A stretch of 32,000 nucleotides of DNA from positions 660,001-692,000 of the forward strand of contig NC_007614.1 in NCBI RefSeq assembly GCF_000196355.1, in the 5' to 3' direction. Positions 19,043 through 27,987 of this stretch are shown here, one piece after another; positions within the stretch are counted from its first letter, which is position 1; each line of letters starts with the position of its first letter. Both the position numbers and the translations under genes were made by a program. This DNA comes from Nitrosospira multiformis ATCC 25196. Its GTDB lineage: Bacteria > Pseudomonadota > Gammaproteobacteria > Burkholderiales > Nitrosomonadaceae. The notes below the pieces were generated by a model. The model saw nothing but the letters and a program-made list of their open reading frames with translations. It was not told where the DNA came from and made no database searches.

Positions 19043-19238
19043 GGCCGTTCTCCTCTCGAGAAACGAACTTTACTAGATTCCAAATGGCACGTTTTATTGG
19101 GAGCACATCACTTCAGTTCGAAAAAGCGGGTATAAAAGGTTTTTTCTAAGTAGTATTTCTAGATAGGAAGCGGCTTTAGTAGAAGAATTACGGTTTAACG
19201 TCTGTCTTGGATTTTTCTGGATTTACGCGGACAACGGT

Positions 19239-19664
19239 TTATTCCGGCAGGCCCGCCGCAAATCCGCACCACCACAGGCCGGCCGGGGCGAGAGCAGGCG
19301 TCCAGATATTGAGCGTCAAGCAGTCCCCGCTCGCGCCAACCAGCTGTGCAAGGCACTCCGCTATCCCTGTTGGATACGACACCCTGAGGTGACTTCGGCC
19401 CAAATGCGAGAGCATCACGCCCGCCACCTCAAGGTTCAACAAGCTGTGGAGGGTGTGGTTCGGGCCGAAGGGCGAGGCAGCGTAAGGCACACCCTTGAAA
19501 GTAGCCGCACCATCCCTGAGATGGCTCCCCGGTTTGCCATGAAGGGTTTCAACAACCGGATGCATATCTATATCCTCGGAAAGGCATGATGTAGGGATCA
19601 CGAGGCGAGAAACACCTCTACCCAAACTATATCTCGATACCGTATCAAGCGGGAAAATGCGCAC
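19239..19664 (-). pseudogene. Carboxylesterase type B N-terminal remnant
   Basis: VVETLHGKPGSHLRDGAATFKGVPYAASPFGPNH ... GDCLTLNIWTPALAPAGLWWCGFAAG resembles the N-terminal half of type-B carboxylesterases. The ORF stops before the catalytic GESAG region. Confidence 0.65.
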
Positions 19665-19877
19665 CGGATGATGTAGCGATACTCATGACTGCTCTGAATC
19701 TCCGGGGGAACTGCTGTAGTTAGGACTCAAGCTTCTTAATGCATAAGTAAAATATTATGATAACAATCAAAACCTGTGACTTTTATTTATAGTAATACTG
19801 GGTACAATGTTCCTATGGATGGCCGCCTCAGGATGGAGCGGCTTTCACTTCACCCATTTCATTGGAGCCTGCCTATC

Positions 19878-20273
19878 ATGGAAAAAGAAATAAGGAAGTT
19901 TTTAACATCCCTATCCATGCTGGGTCTGCTTGCCTCCTGCGCCGAGACCAGTACGCTCGAAGCAAGGAATGATAATGCGAGCATGGCCGGGCAAATCATC
20001 AGAACTTCCATCGACCACGACGAGCTTGCCAGGCGGTATGAAAGCCGGGCCAGGAAACTGTTGGAAATAGCAGCGGAACACGAGAAACGGCTCCAGTATC
20101 ACGAGGACAAAAGCCCTTCCTACGGGAGGCACGGGCAGGATTTCCAGTCTCACGCCATTCTAGTGCAAAAATACAAACGGGCGGCAGAGAAAGCCACCCA
20201 AGCTGCCTTTCACCATAGGATGGCATCGCAACCGGCAAAACGCGATTATATTGCTTCGATAGCGTTACATTGA
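19878..20273 (+). CDS. Small putative lipoprotein, unknown function
   Basis: ATG at 19878: MEKEIRKFLTSLSMLGLLASCAETS lipobox; helical ELARRYESRARKLLEIAAEHEKRLQYHEDKSPSYGRHGQDFQSHAILVQKYKRAAEKATQAAFHHR. Confidence 0.6.
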   Translation: MEKEIRKFLTSLSMLGLLASCAETSTLEARNDNASMAGQIIRTSIDHDELARRYESRARKLLEIAAEHEKRLQYHEDKSPSYGRHGQDFQSHAILVQKYKRAAEKATQAAFHHRMASQPAKRDYIASIALH

Positions 20274-20395
20274 GCTGGATTGCCCCACGAACTCGCCAGT
20301 GAATCCTTGGTATCAATGGACAGCCAGGCGCCTGCTGCTTGAAACCTTCTCGGGCAGCTGGCTACAAGCTCGCTTTAACAAAGGAAAACCTACTA

Positions 20396-20773
20396 ATGAC
20401 ACGAGCGATTGTTTCCACTGTTGTTGCATTACTCGGTACGGGTATAGTCATATTGGGGTTTGCTGCGCTCCTGCGTCACACCGTCTTTTTCTATACAGCG
20501 GACGGATATATGTCCTCCCAAACGGCAGTAAGCTTGGGACTTATGAGAGTTGAGGAAGTCCCTCTTTCTGGCGGACTGGCTTTCAGGAAGACTGAGGACG
20601 GCGGTTATGACTTTAGGGAAGAAATGGCGAGAGCTTTTATTGATCCAACAAGCCACACGAACATCGACTTGGTTGCAGGCTGTGAAAGCCTTGGGAACTG
20701 TCGGTTGCGGAAGTGGCAGGGACGGATATATGTCACCCCAAACTGCAGTAAGCTTGGGACTTATGAGGGCTGA
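20396..20773 (+). CDS. Small TM-containing hypothetical protein, 3' end affected by local duplication
   Basis: MTRAIVSTVVALLGTGIVILGFAALLRHTVFFYTADGYMSSQTAVSLGLMRVEEVPL...; C-terminus runs into a second copy of its own DNA in a shifted frame. Confidence 0.4.
   Translation: MTRAIVSTVVALLGTGIVILGFAALLRHTVFFYTADGYMSSQTAVSLGLMRVEEVPLSGGLAFRKTEDGGYDFREEMARAFIDPTSHTNIDLVAGCESLGNCRLRKWQGRIYVTPNCSKLGTYEG
20501..20610 (+). repeat. Direct repeat copy 1 (about 110 bp)
   Basis: GACGGATATATGTCCTCCCAAACGGCAGTAAGCTTGGGACTTATGAG...TTTCAGGAAG...GGTTATGA; similar to copy 2. Confidence 0.85.
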
Positions 20774-20832
20774 AGAAGCTCCTCTTCTGGGGAAACGGCT
20801 TTCAGGAAGAGTGGCTCAGGACGAGGGTTATG
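20721..20832 (+). repeat. Direct repeat copy 2 (about 110 bp)
   Basis: GACGGATATATGTCACCCCAAACTGCAGTAAGCTTGGGACTTATGAG...TTTCAGGAAG...GGTTATGA, offset 220 bp from copy 1. Confidence 0.85.
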
Positions 20833-20984
20833 ACCCAAACTTGGGTCACCGACAGTTGCGGCGCTCAGATGGCCAGCAGCAACACGCCCAGTGCTTTCTC
20901 ACGGTGGAGGAAATACCGAGAAGAACAGGCGGGCCACTCGCTGGGGTGTTAGTCAACGATGCGAGCGTAGGCATCAGAACCTAG

Positions 20985-21825
20985 GCTCAGGACTCATTAA
21001 TTGAGATAGAAGATGACAGTTGCGGCGATACAGATGGCAGAGAAGAAGGTATGGGCACAGCGGTCGTAACGCATGGCGATCCTGCGCCAGTCCTTGAGCC
21101 GAGCGAACATGTTCTCGATCCTGTGCCTTTGCCTGTAGAGGGTCTTGTCGTATTTGATCTGGATTTTGCGATTCCTTTTTGTCGGTATGCAGGGCGTCAT
21201 GCCTTTGGCACGCAACGCTGCCCGGAACCAGGCAGCGTCATAGCCGCGGTCTGCAATCAGGGTTTTGGCTTTGGGCAATGACGGCAGCAGCACACGTGCT
21301 CCCTTGTAATCGCTCATCTGCCCTTCGGACAGGAGCATGGCCACAGGCTTGCCCTGACCGTCGCAGACCACATGAAGCTTCGAGTTCAGGCCGCCCTTTG
21401 TGCGACCGATACGGCGGGGAACATCCCCTTTTTTAGCAGGCTGGCTGCCGTGCGGTGGGCCTTCAGATGCGTGGCGTCGATCATCAGCCTCTCGGGCGTT
21501 TCCTCTTTACCGGTCAGTTCCACAAAGATGCGGTTGAACACGCCCAGTCGGCTCCAGCGCACGAAACGGTTATACAGTGTCTTGTGCGGCCCGTATTCCC
21601 TGGGGGCATCCTTCCATTGCAGGCCATTCCGAATGACGTAGATGATCCCGCTGATCACCCGCAGATCATCAACACGGGGAACTCCGTGGGACAAGGGAAA
21701 ATAAGGTTTTATACGGTTGAACTGTGTTTCCGACAGGTAAAACAAATCTCTCATGGCAGCACCTCCGCCATAAGTGAATCACATTTGATCCTATTCGTGA
21801 ATCATGAAATTAATAGGTCCTGAAC
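20985..21825 (-). mobile_element. IS5-family (IS427-group-like) insertion sequence, 841 bp, with 4-bp CTAG target duplication
   Basis: Imperfect IRs GCTCAGGACTCATTAATT / GTTCAGGACCTATTAATT (15/18), flanked by CTAG at 20981-20984 and 21826-21829. Two transposase ORFs inside. Confidence 0.9.
20997..21754 (-). CDS. IS5-family transposase, two ORFs (21386..21754 and 20997..about 21430) joined by -1 frameshift
   Basis: OrfA MRDLFYLSETQFNRIKPYFPLSHG...LMIDATHLKAHRTAASLLKK; -1 frame continues GDVPRRIGRTKGGLNSKLHVVCDGQGKPVAMLLSEGQMSDYKGA...ADRGYDAAWFRAAL...YRQRHRIENMFARLKDWRRIAMRYDRCAHTFFSAICIAATVIF. Slippery A_AAA_AAG at 21434-21428. Confidence 0.92.
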
Positions 21826-22063
21826 CTAGGAAGCTGCCTAGCGCGCCGCCTACAATTCCTCCGGCAATACCACCAACAATGGCACCCCAAAGGCCCCTCC
21901 TACTCCAAATCCCCTCTCAGTAGACCCCAATCCGCGCAATGAATCTGTTAACTTCTTTCCCGCACTTCCCGGTTATCCATAGGTCAACACATTCTTCAAG
22001 GTAGTTAATGACTGCGTTTGCCTCTCCGGCTTTCGCAGTCTATTTCTGGCCGTAATGATGTAT

Positions 22064-22291
22064 TCAATCCTCCAGATCAAGGTCTTTCTTTATTTCTGCG
22101 GGGGGGTAAATTTTTTCCTTGCCTTTGCGCACGCGTTCGAGCACGTCAGCCGCGAGGAAGCAATCCTCCATCTCATCAAGCCCGCGTTCGATAATTTCCC
22201 GAAGATAGAAGGCCTTGGAACGTCCCGTCTGCGCGGCGAGGAAGTTCAACCGCTCCTCGATCTCGGGGGTAAGGCGAACTGAAGTGGGCAT
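22064..22291 (-). CDS. Ribbon-helix-helix (CopG/RelB-like) antitoxin
   Basis: MPTSVRLTPEIEERLNFLAAQTGRSKAFYLREIIERGLDEMEDCFLAADVLERVRKGKEKIYPPAEIKKDLDLED, a typical RHH_1 antitoxin. Confidence 0.85.
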   Translation of the reverse strand: MPTSVRLTPEIEERLNFLAAQTGRSKAFYLREIIERGLDEMEDCFLAADVLERVRKGKEKIYPPAEIKKDLDLED

Positions 22292-22360
22292 GGGTATTAT
22301 CCCTGGATGAAATACGGGTATTCATTGTATCTGAATTTCTGGTCTGACACTTTCTTGTCC

Positions 22361-22630
22361 ATGAGCAGCAATAACAGGCTATATACCCTAGAATTAAAAA
22401 TGCCCGACAATGTCAAAGCCAAAAAGGGGGATGAAATGATATATAAAGTTCTCATCACGCCTGTTGAGCCGTCTATTGATGATCGTCCTAATTTCAGCGG
22501 CCTTCTTGCCGATTATGAAATTGAAGCCAATTCGAAGACCGAGGCTGAAGAAATGGCCTTTATCCGGTTTTGCCAGGAGAGCCCCTTTCGCTCCCACAAT
22601 CGGGAAGATTATACGATCAGCGTGAACTGA
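22361..22630 (+). CDS. Hypothetical protein
   Basis: ATG 22361: MSSNNRLYTLELKMPDNVKAKKGDEMIYKVLITPVEPSIDDRPNFSGLLADYEIEANSKTEAEEMAFIRFCQESPF..., soluble and with plausible composition. Confidence 0.55.
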   Translation: MSSNNRLYTLELKMPDNVKAKKGDEMIYKVLITPVEPSIDDRPNFSGLLADYEIEANSKTEAEEMAFIRFCQESPFRSHNREDYTISVN

Positions 22631-23257
22631 GGCCGCCGGCTTGCGCTGCGTAAGGTGTCGACACGTATCGCGCCGGTGGCCTGCGAGATGAGTGACGAGC
22701 CGCATTTGATTCTTCTGATCCCTTGATATTTCGGCAAGCCCGGAATACGGCATGGAGGGGAGAGAAGGGATGACAAGAGGAAGAAGGTGGCGGCGATCGC
22801 AGAGCAGGTTCCGGCTGACAATGATGCAGAACGTAATTTATCGGTCGTAGCCGCGTGGCTACCGCTTCCTGCTGTTCTGCCGGCTCCTGCTACGCGCATC
22901 ACGCGCTCTTGAAATTATCCTCTTGTAATTATCGCAACTACCCATATGTTATGTTCCTGACAGGAGGCAGGGAATCCCGGAAAGGACATCCCTCAGGTTG
23001 CCAAGGTATTGGCCGTAGTCATACGAGAGTTGGTTGCTTGTTGGTCGCCTCACGCAGGTGGGATGGGTAAGAAGTGTCGTCGGTGTAAAGGTGCCGCTCC
23101 GGATAACCGGGCGACAGGAATTTCTCCTGGTCACACACCATCGGCATAGCCGGATATGCCTCCTACGTTTGACTCGCTTGAGCTTGGAAGGTGGCAAAGA
23201 GGTTGCGAGGCGAGTGGTGGAGGGCAGGGCAATAACTTGTTCGGGGACTCCTTAAGG

Positions 23258-23263
23258 TATAAT
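23258..23263 (+). promoter_or_regulatory. Candidate sigma70 -10 box upstream of fmdB-like gene
   Basis: Perfect TATAAT about 40 nt upstream of the ATG at 23304; weak -35 (CTTGTT at 23236-23241, 16-bp spacing). Confidence 0.45.
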
Positions 23264-23303
23264 CCCGTTTTTTTCGTTCAGCTTTCTTTGTTGGAGGATT
23301 GTC

Positions 23304-23597
23304 ATGCCGATCTATGAATACCGGTGTGGGTCTTGTGGTTTCGAAAAAGAATATCTGCAAAAGGTGAGCGATGCGCCGGTGGCGGCTTGTCCCGCCTGTG
23401 GCAGCGATGCGTTTAACAAACTTATTTCGGCTGCGGGTTTTCAATTGAAGGGCAGCGGCTGGTACGTCACCGATTTCAAGAACAAGAATGGCGGGCAGTC
23501 CAAGCCCAAGGCTGATGCGGATGCGTGCGTGGCGAAGAGCGAGAGCGCTCCCGCCGGGGATAGCGCATGCCCTGCTTGCACACCGATTGACGGGTGA
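23304..23597 (+). CDS. FmdB family zinc-ribbon protein
   Basis: MPIYEYRCGSCGFEKEYLQKVSDAPVAACPACGSDAFNKLISAAGFQLKGSGWYVTDFK. Confidence 0.95.
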   Translation: MPIYEYRCGSCGFEKEYLQKVSDAPVAACPACGSDAFNKLISAAGFQLKGSGWYVTDFKNKNGGQSKPKADADACVAKSESAPAGDSACPACTPIDG

Positions 23598-23618
23598 CGA
23601 ATCAGCCTCACTACTGAC

Positions 23619-24287
23619 ATGAAACGTTATTTCATCACCGGGCTGCTCATATGGGTACCTCTGGGTATTACTGCCTGGGCGTTGAAATTTCTGATCAGCA
23701 CCATGGACCAGTCCCTGTTGCTGCTGCCATCGAGCATGCGTCCCGAAAACCTCGTAGGCATCTATATTCCCGGCGTGGGCACGGTGCTGACGCTGCTGGT
23801 TGTTTTCCTTACCGGCATTTTCACCACCAACATCATCGGACAGCGGCTGGTGATTTTCTGGGAAGGCGTGTTATGGCGCATCCCTGTCGTGAAATCGATT
23901 TATTACGGCGTGAAGCAGGTCAGCGATACCCTGTTTTCAAGCCAGGGAGAAGCCTTTCGCAAGGCACTGCTGGTGCAGTATCCCCGTGAAGGCTCCTGGA
24001 CTATCGCCTTCATGACGGGATATCCAGGTGGCGACGTTGTCAATCACCTCACGGGAGAGTATGTGAGCGTCTACGTGCCGACCACGCCCAATCCGACCTC
24101 GGGCTTCTTTCTGATGATGCCGCGCAGCGATGTAATCGAGCTCGACATGAGCGTGGATGCGGCATTGAAATATATAATCTCGATGGGTGTCGTTACACCT
24201 CCCAACGGCAAGAAACCGGTGGAGCCGCAGGCAGCGCTGCTGCATCCGCAGGACTCCGTCAGTTCTGCATCGAGCGACAAGTCCTGA
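23619..24287 (+). CDS. DUF502 family membrane protein
   Basis: MKRYFITGLLIWVPLGITAWAL...IPGVGTVLTLLVVFLTGIFTTNIIGQRLV...PTTPNPTSGFFLMMPRSDVIELDMSVDAALKYIISMGVV. Confidence 0.93.
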   Translation: MKRYFITGLLIWVPLGITAWALKFLISTMDQSLLLLPSSMRPENLVGIYIPGVGTVLTLLVVFLTGIFTTNIIGQRLVIFWEGVLWRIPVVKSIYYGVKQVSDTLFSSQGEAFRKALLVQYPREGSWTIAFMTGYPGGDVVNHLTGEYVSVYVPTTPNPTSGFFLMMPRSDVIELDMSVDAALKYIISMGVVTPPNGKKPVEPQAALLHPQDSVSSASSDKS

Positions 24288-24313
24288 TTCCTTTTTTCTG
24301 ATTACCGATCTCC

Positions 24314-26080
24314 ATGCGCACCAATTACTGCGGCCTTATCGACGTCCAATATCTGGATCAGACTGTGATTCTGTACGGCTGGGTGCACCGGCGCCGTGAC
24401 CATGGGGGAGTTATTTTCGTGGACCTGCGGGATCGTGAGGGCTTGGTGCAGGTGGTGTGCGACCCCGATAACCCCACTGCTTTCCAGGTCGCCGAAAAAA
24501 TCCGGAACGAGTTTGTGGTCCGGATTACCGGACGTGTGCGGCATCGCCCGCCCGGAACCGTCAACCCCAATCTCATCAGCGGGGAAATAGAGGTGTTGGT
24601 GAGCTCGATCGATATCCTTAATGCTTCCCTGACGCCTCCGTTCCTGATGGACGACGAAAGCCTCAGCGAAGCCACACGGCTGGAACACCGCTATCTGGAT
24701 CTGCGGCGTCCGCAGATGCAGGAAAACCTGCGGTTGCGCTACAAGGTAGCGATGGCTGTCCGGCTGTTTCTCGACCAGCATGGATTCATCGACGTGGAAA
24801 CGCCGATGCTCACCAAATCGACTCCCGAAGGCGCGCGCGATTACCTAGTGCCGTCACGCGTCAACACCGGGCATTTTTTTGCGCTGCCGCAGTCGCCGCA
24901 ACTGTTCAAGCAGCTGCTGATGGTTTCCGGATTCGACCGCTATTATCAGATTACCAAATGCTTTCGCGATGAGGATCTGCGGGCTGACCGCCAGCCCGAA
25001 TTCACCCAGATCGATATCGAGACATCCTTTCTGAATGAATCACAAATCATGCAGATGATGGAAAGGATGATCTGCACGGTGTTCAAAAGCGTGAGGAATA
25101 TCGATCTCCCCACTCCCTTTCCACGCCTGACGCATGGCGAAGCGATGTCGAAATATGGCTCGGACAAGCCTGACATGCGTGTGTCGCTGGTTCTGACGGA
25201 ACTCACCGATGTGATGCAGGAGGTGGAGTTCAAGGTGTTCCGGGAAGCCGCGCTCAGAACGGGGGGACGTGTAGCGGCATTGCGCGTGCCTGGAGGTGGG
25301 GCATTGTCGCGCAAAGAGATCGATGATTACACCGGTTTTGTCGCGATATACGGGGCGAAGGGGCTCGCATACATCAAGGTCAATGCGCTGGAAAAAGGCA
25401 TGGACGGCCTCCAGTCGCCCATACTGAAATTCCTCCCTGAGAATGTGATTCAGATCGTTCTCGAGCGCACGGGGGCGAAGGATGGGGATCTCATCTTCTT
25501 CGGCGCGGACAAGGCACAGGTTGTGAATGAGGCGCTCGGTGCATTGCGCGCGAAGGTGGGGCATGATCGCGGCCTGGCGGAATCGGGATGGAAGCCGTTA
25601 TGGGTGGTGGATTTCCCCATGTTCGAGCGCGACGAAGAGGAAAACCGCTGGAAGGCCTTGCACCATCCCTTTACTTCGCCTGCCGAGGGTCACGAGGACC
25701 TGCTTGAAACCGATCCCGAAAAGGCCTTATCCAAGGCTTACGATATGGTGCTGAATGGCTCGGAGATTGGCGGCGGTTCCGTACGTATTCATCGCCAGGA
25801 AGTACAGTCGAAGGTATTTCGCGCCTTGAATATTGGAGCGGACGAGGCAAACGAAAAATTCGGCTTTTTGCTCGAAGCATTGCAATATGGGGCCCCTCCG
25901 CATGGCGGGATTGCGTTCGGCCTCGACCGGATCGTTGCGATGATGGCAGGCGCCGAATCCATCCGTGAGGTCATTGCTTTTCCGAAAACACAGCGTGCGC
26001 AATGTCTGCTGACGCATGCGCCGAGTACTGTCGGTGAGAAACAGTTGCGGGAACTTCACATCAAGCTTCGCCACGCGTAA
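24314..26080 (+). CDS. aspS: Aspartyl-tRNA synthetase
   Basis: [48 protein letters not shown]; class II motifs; C-terminal [41 protein letters not shown]. Confidence 0.98.
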   Translation: MRTNYCGLIDVQYLDQTVILYGWVHRRRDHGGVIFVDLRDREGLVQVVCDPDNPTAFQVAEKIRNEFVVRITGRVRHRPPGTVNPNLISGEIEVLVSSIDILNASLTPPFLMDDESLSEATRLEHRYLDLRRPQMQENLRLRYKVAMAVRLFLDQHGFIDVETPMLTKSTPEGARDYLVPSRVNTGHFFALPQSPQLFKQLLMVSGFDRYYQITKCFRDEDLRADRQPEFTQIDIETSFLNESQIMQMMERMICTVFKSVRNIDLPTPFPRLTHGEAMSKYGSDKPDMRVSLVLTELTDVMQEVEFKVFREAALRTGGRVAALRVPGGGALSRKEIDDYTGFVAIYGAKGLAYIKVNALEKGMDGLQSPILKFLPENVIQIVLERTGAKDGDLIFFGADKAQVVNEALGALRAKVGHDRGLAESGWKPLWVVDFPMFERDEEENRWKALHHPFTSPAEGHEDLLETDPEKALSKAYDMVLNGSEIGGGSVRIHRQEVQSKVFRALNIGADEANEKFGFLLEALQYGAPPHGGIAFGLDRIVAMMAGAESIREVIAFPKTQRAQCLLTHAPSTVGEKQLRELHIKLRHA

Positions 26081-26194
26081 TCCTGGAGGATATGAAGCAA
26101 GGGCGCGGGGTGGAAGCGCAGAAGCGTGGAGATTGGGAAAATCGTTTTTCCGAAAGCGAAGATTTTCTGATTCCGTTCCTACTCCTGGTGCACA

Positions 26195-26668
26195 GTGGTG
26201 AGAATCTACAAGATTCCGGTTTCCATTCTGGTAATTATCCATACGCCCGACATGCAGGTCCTGCTGCTTGAACGGGCTGACCATCCCGGCTACTGGCAGT
26301 CTGTTACGGGCAGCCAGGACGAAGGCGAGACACTCGTGCAAACGGCGGTGCGGGAAGTGGCGGAGGAGACCGGGCTGGATGCCCGCCGCTACGCATTGAC
26401 CGACTGGAACATTGTGAACGAATATGAGATCTATGAGGAATGGCGCTGGCGTTACGCCCCCGAAGTAACCCATAACACCGAGCATGTCTTTGGCCTGCTT
26501 GTGCCGCACCCGGTCCCGGTTTCCGTTGCGGCAAGAGAACATTTGCGTCATACCTGGCTCCCCTGGCAGGAGGCGGCGGAAAAAGTATTTTCCCCAAGCA
26601 ATGCCGAAGCGATCAGGAGATTGGCAACACTTGGCGGTAAAGGTAATAACGGTAATAAAGGGCAGTAA
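26195..26668 (+). CDS. nudB: Dihydroneopterin triphosphate diphosphatase (Nudix)
   Basis: Nudix box GSQDEGETLVQTAVREVAEETGLD; WRWRYAPEVTHNTEHVFGL; conserved position downstream of aspS. Confidence 0.92.
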   Translation: MVRIYKIPVSILVIIHTPDMQVLLLERADHPGYWQSVTGSQDEGETLVQTAVREVAEETGLDARRYALTDWNIVNEYEIYEEWRWRYAPEVTHNTEHVFGLLVPHPVPVSVAAREHLRHTWLPWQEAAEKVFSPSNAEAIRRLATLGGKGNNGNKGQ

Positions 26669-26850
26669 AGAGCAGAAAAAGGCAGTAGGGGTAGGCAGTG
26701 GAAGCATTCCCGCGAAAATGAGGAACGGGGAAAGCCCGATCGAACCGATGGCGGGTATGCGGGTCCAATAGTACGTTTGGAACCTCTGCAGTTTCTTATT
26801 ACCTCTGTCTTATATTACCTGCGGTTTTTAAAGGAAAAACGGAGTAGGCC

Positions 26851-27951
26851 ATGCAAGCGGAAGCCATTGCCTTTGAACGTTTCGATAACCTGAATGACGA
26901 TGACTGCGAGCAGCGCATCGTCCAGGCGAAAGCAGCGCTGGGAAGGCGCGCGGTAATACTCGCCCATCATTATCAGCGCCCGGATGTTTACAAACACGCC
27001 GATCTTACCGGGGATTCACTGCAGCTCTCGCGCCTTGCTTCAGGGACCGATGCGGATTACCTGGTGTTCTGCGGCGTGCATTTCATGGCCGAAGTGGCCG
27101 ATATTCTTTCCAAGCCCGAGCAGATCACCATTCTGCCCGATCTTTCCGCGGGTTGCTCCATGGCGGATATGGCGAGTCTTCTCAAGGTGCAGCGCGCGTG
27201 GCATGAGCTCTCGGAAGTGCTCGATCCCGATGAAGTGGTCACGCCGGTAACTTACATCAACTCTGCCGCTGATCTCAAAGCTTTCTGCGGTGAACACGGC
27301 GGCATTGTCTGCACATCCAGCAATGCCATGAAAATTTTGCAGTGGTCCTTTTCCCGCAGGGAAAAAGTACTGTTTTTTCCGGATCAGCACTTGGGGCGCT
27401 GGAGCGGGCACAAGCTGGATATTCCACTCGAACAGATGGCGGTGTGGGATTTCGATGAACCCATGGGTGGGCTTTCGCCCGAGCAGATCAGGAATGCGAA
27501 AATCCTCTTGTGGAAGGGGCATTGCTCCGTACACCAGATGTTCCAGCCCCAGCACATACTTCGTTTTCGCAACCAGCACCCCGAGGGGAAAGTGATTTCG
27601 CATCCCGAGTGCAGTTTCGAGGTATGTAAAAACTCGGATTACGTTGGCTCCACCGACTATATCATCAGGACCATCCGGGAAGCGGAGCCTGGAACACGCT
27701 GGCTGGTGGGAACGGAGCTGAACCTGGTCAATCGTATTGCCGAGGAATTCAAGGCCCAGGGAAAAATCGTCCAGTTCATGGCATCGACGATCTGCATGTG
27801 TTCCACCATGGCGCGCATCGATCCGCAGCACCTGGCCTGGGCGCTGGAAAACCTGGTTGCGGGGAAGGTGGTAAATCAGATCAAAGTGCCGGCAGCCGAT
27901 GCAGTTCTGGCGAAACGTGCCCTGGAGCGCATGCTTGAGGTTTCGCGATAA
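26851..27951 (+). CDS. nadA: Quinolinate synthase
   Basis: AVILAHHYQRPDVYKHADLTGDSLQLSRLA...ADLSAGCSMADMA...HPECSFEV...TICMCSTMARIDPQHLAWALE. Confidence 0.97.
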   Translation: MQAEAIAFERFDNLNDDDCEQRIVQAKAALGRRAVILAHHYQRPDVYKHADLTGDSLQLSRLASGTDADYLVFCGVHFMAEVADILSKPEQITILPDLSAGCSMADMASLLKVQRAWHELSEVLDPDEVVTPVTYINSAADLKAFCGEHGGIVCTSSNAMKILQWSFSRREKVLFFPDQHLGRWSGHKLDIPLEQMAVWDFDEPMGGLSPEQIRNAKILLWKGHCSVHQMFQPQHILRFRNQHPEGKVISHPECSFEVCKNSDYVGSTDYIIRTIREAEPGTRWLVGTELNLVNRIAEEFKAQGKIVQFMASTICMCSTMARIDPQHLAWALENLVAGKVVNQIKVPAADAVLAKRALERMLEVSR

Positions 27952-27987
27952 TGAAAAAATACAATTGCGCCCCGTCCCGTTCGTCAT

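Larger units (their letters stand above)
20957..22037 (-). pseudogene. Glycine-zipper membrane protein remnant, split by the IS5-family element
   Basis: After removal of the IS and one CTAG the minus strand reads WSRRGLWGAIVGGIAGGIVGGALGSFLGSDAYARIVD*. Upstream, the same frame (TAKAGEANAVINYLEECVDLWITGKCGKEVNRFIARIGVY*) has an in-frame stop and no obvious start codon. Confidence 0.6.

Noticed and set aside
22609-23255. ORFs 22609..22902 -, 22855..23070 +, 22949..23197 -, 23034..23255 +
   Set aside because: Mutually overlapping, Arg/Ser/Cys-rich translations with no recognisable motif or RBS context.
25727-26707. 326-aa minus-strand ORF opposite aspS/nudB
   Set aside because: Antisense shadow ORF overlapping aspS and nudB, with no recognisable motifs.
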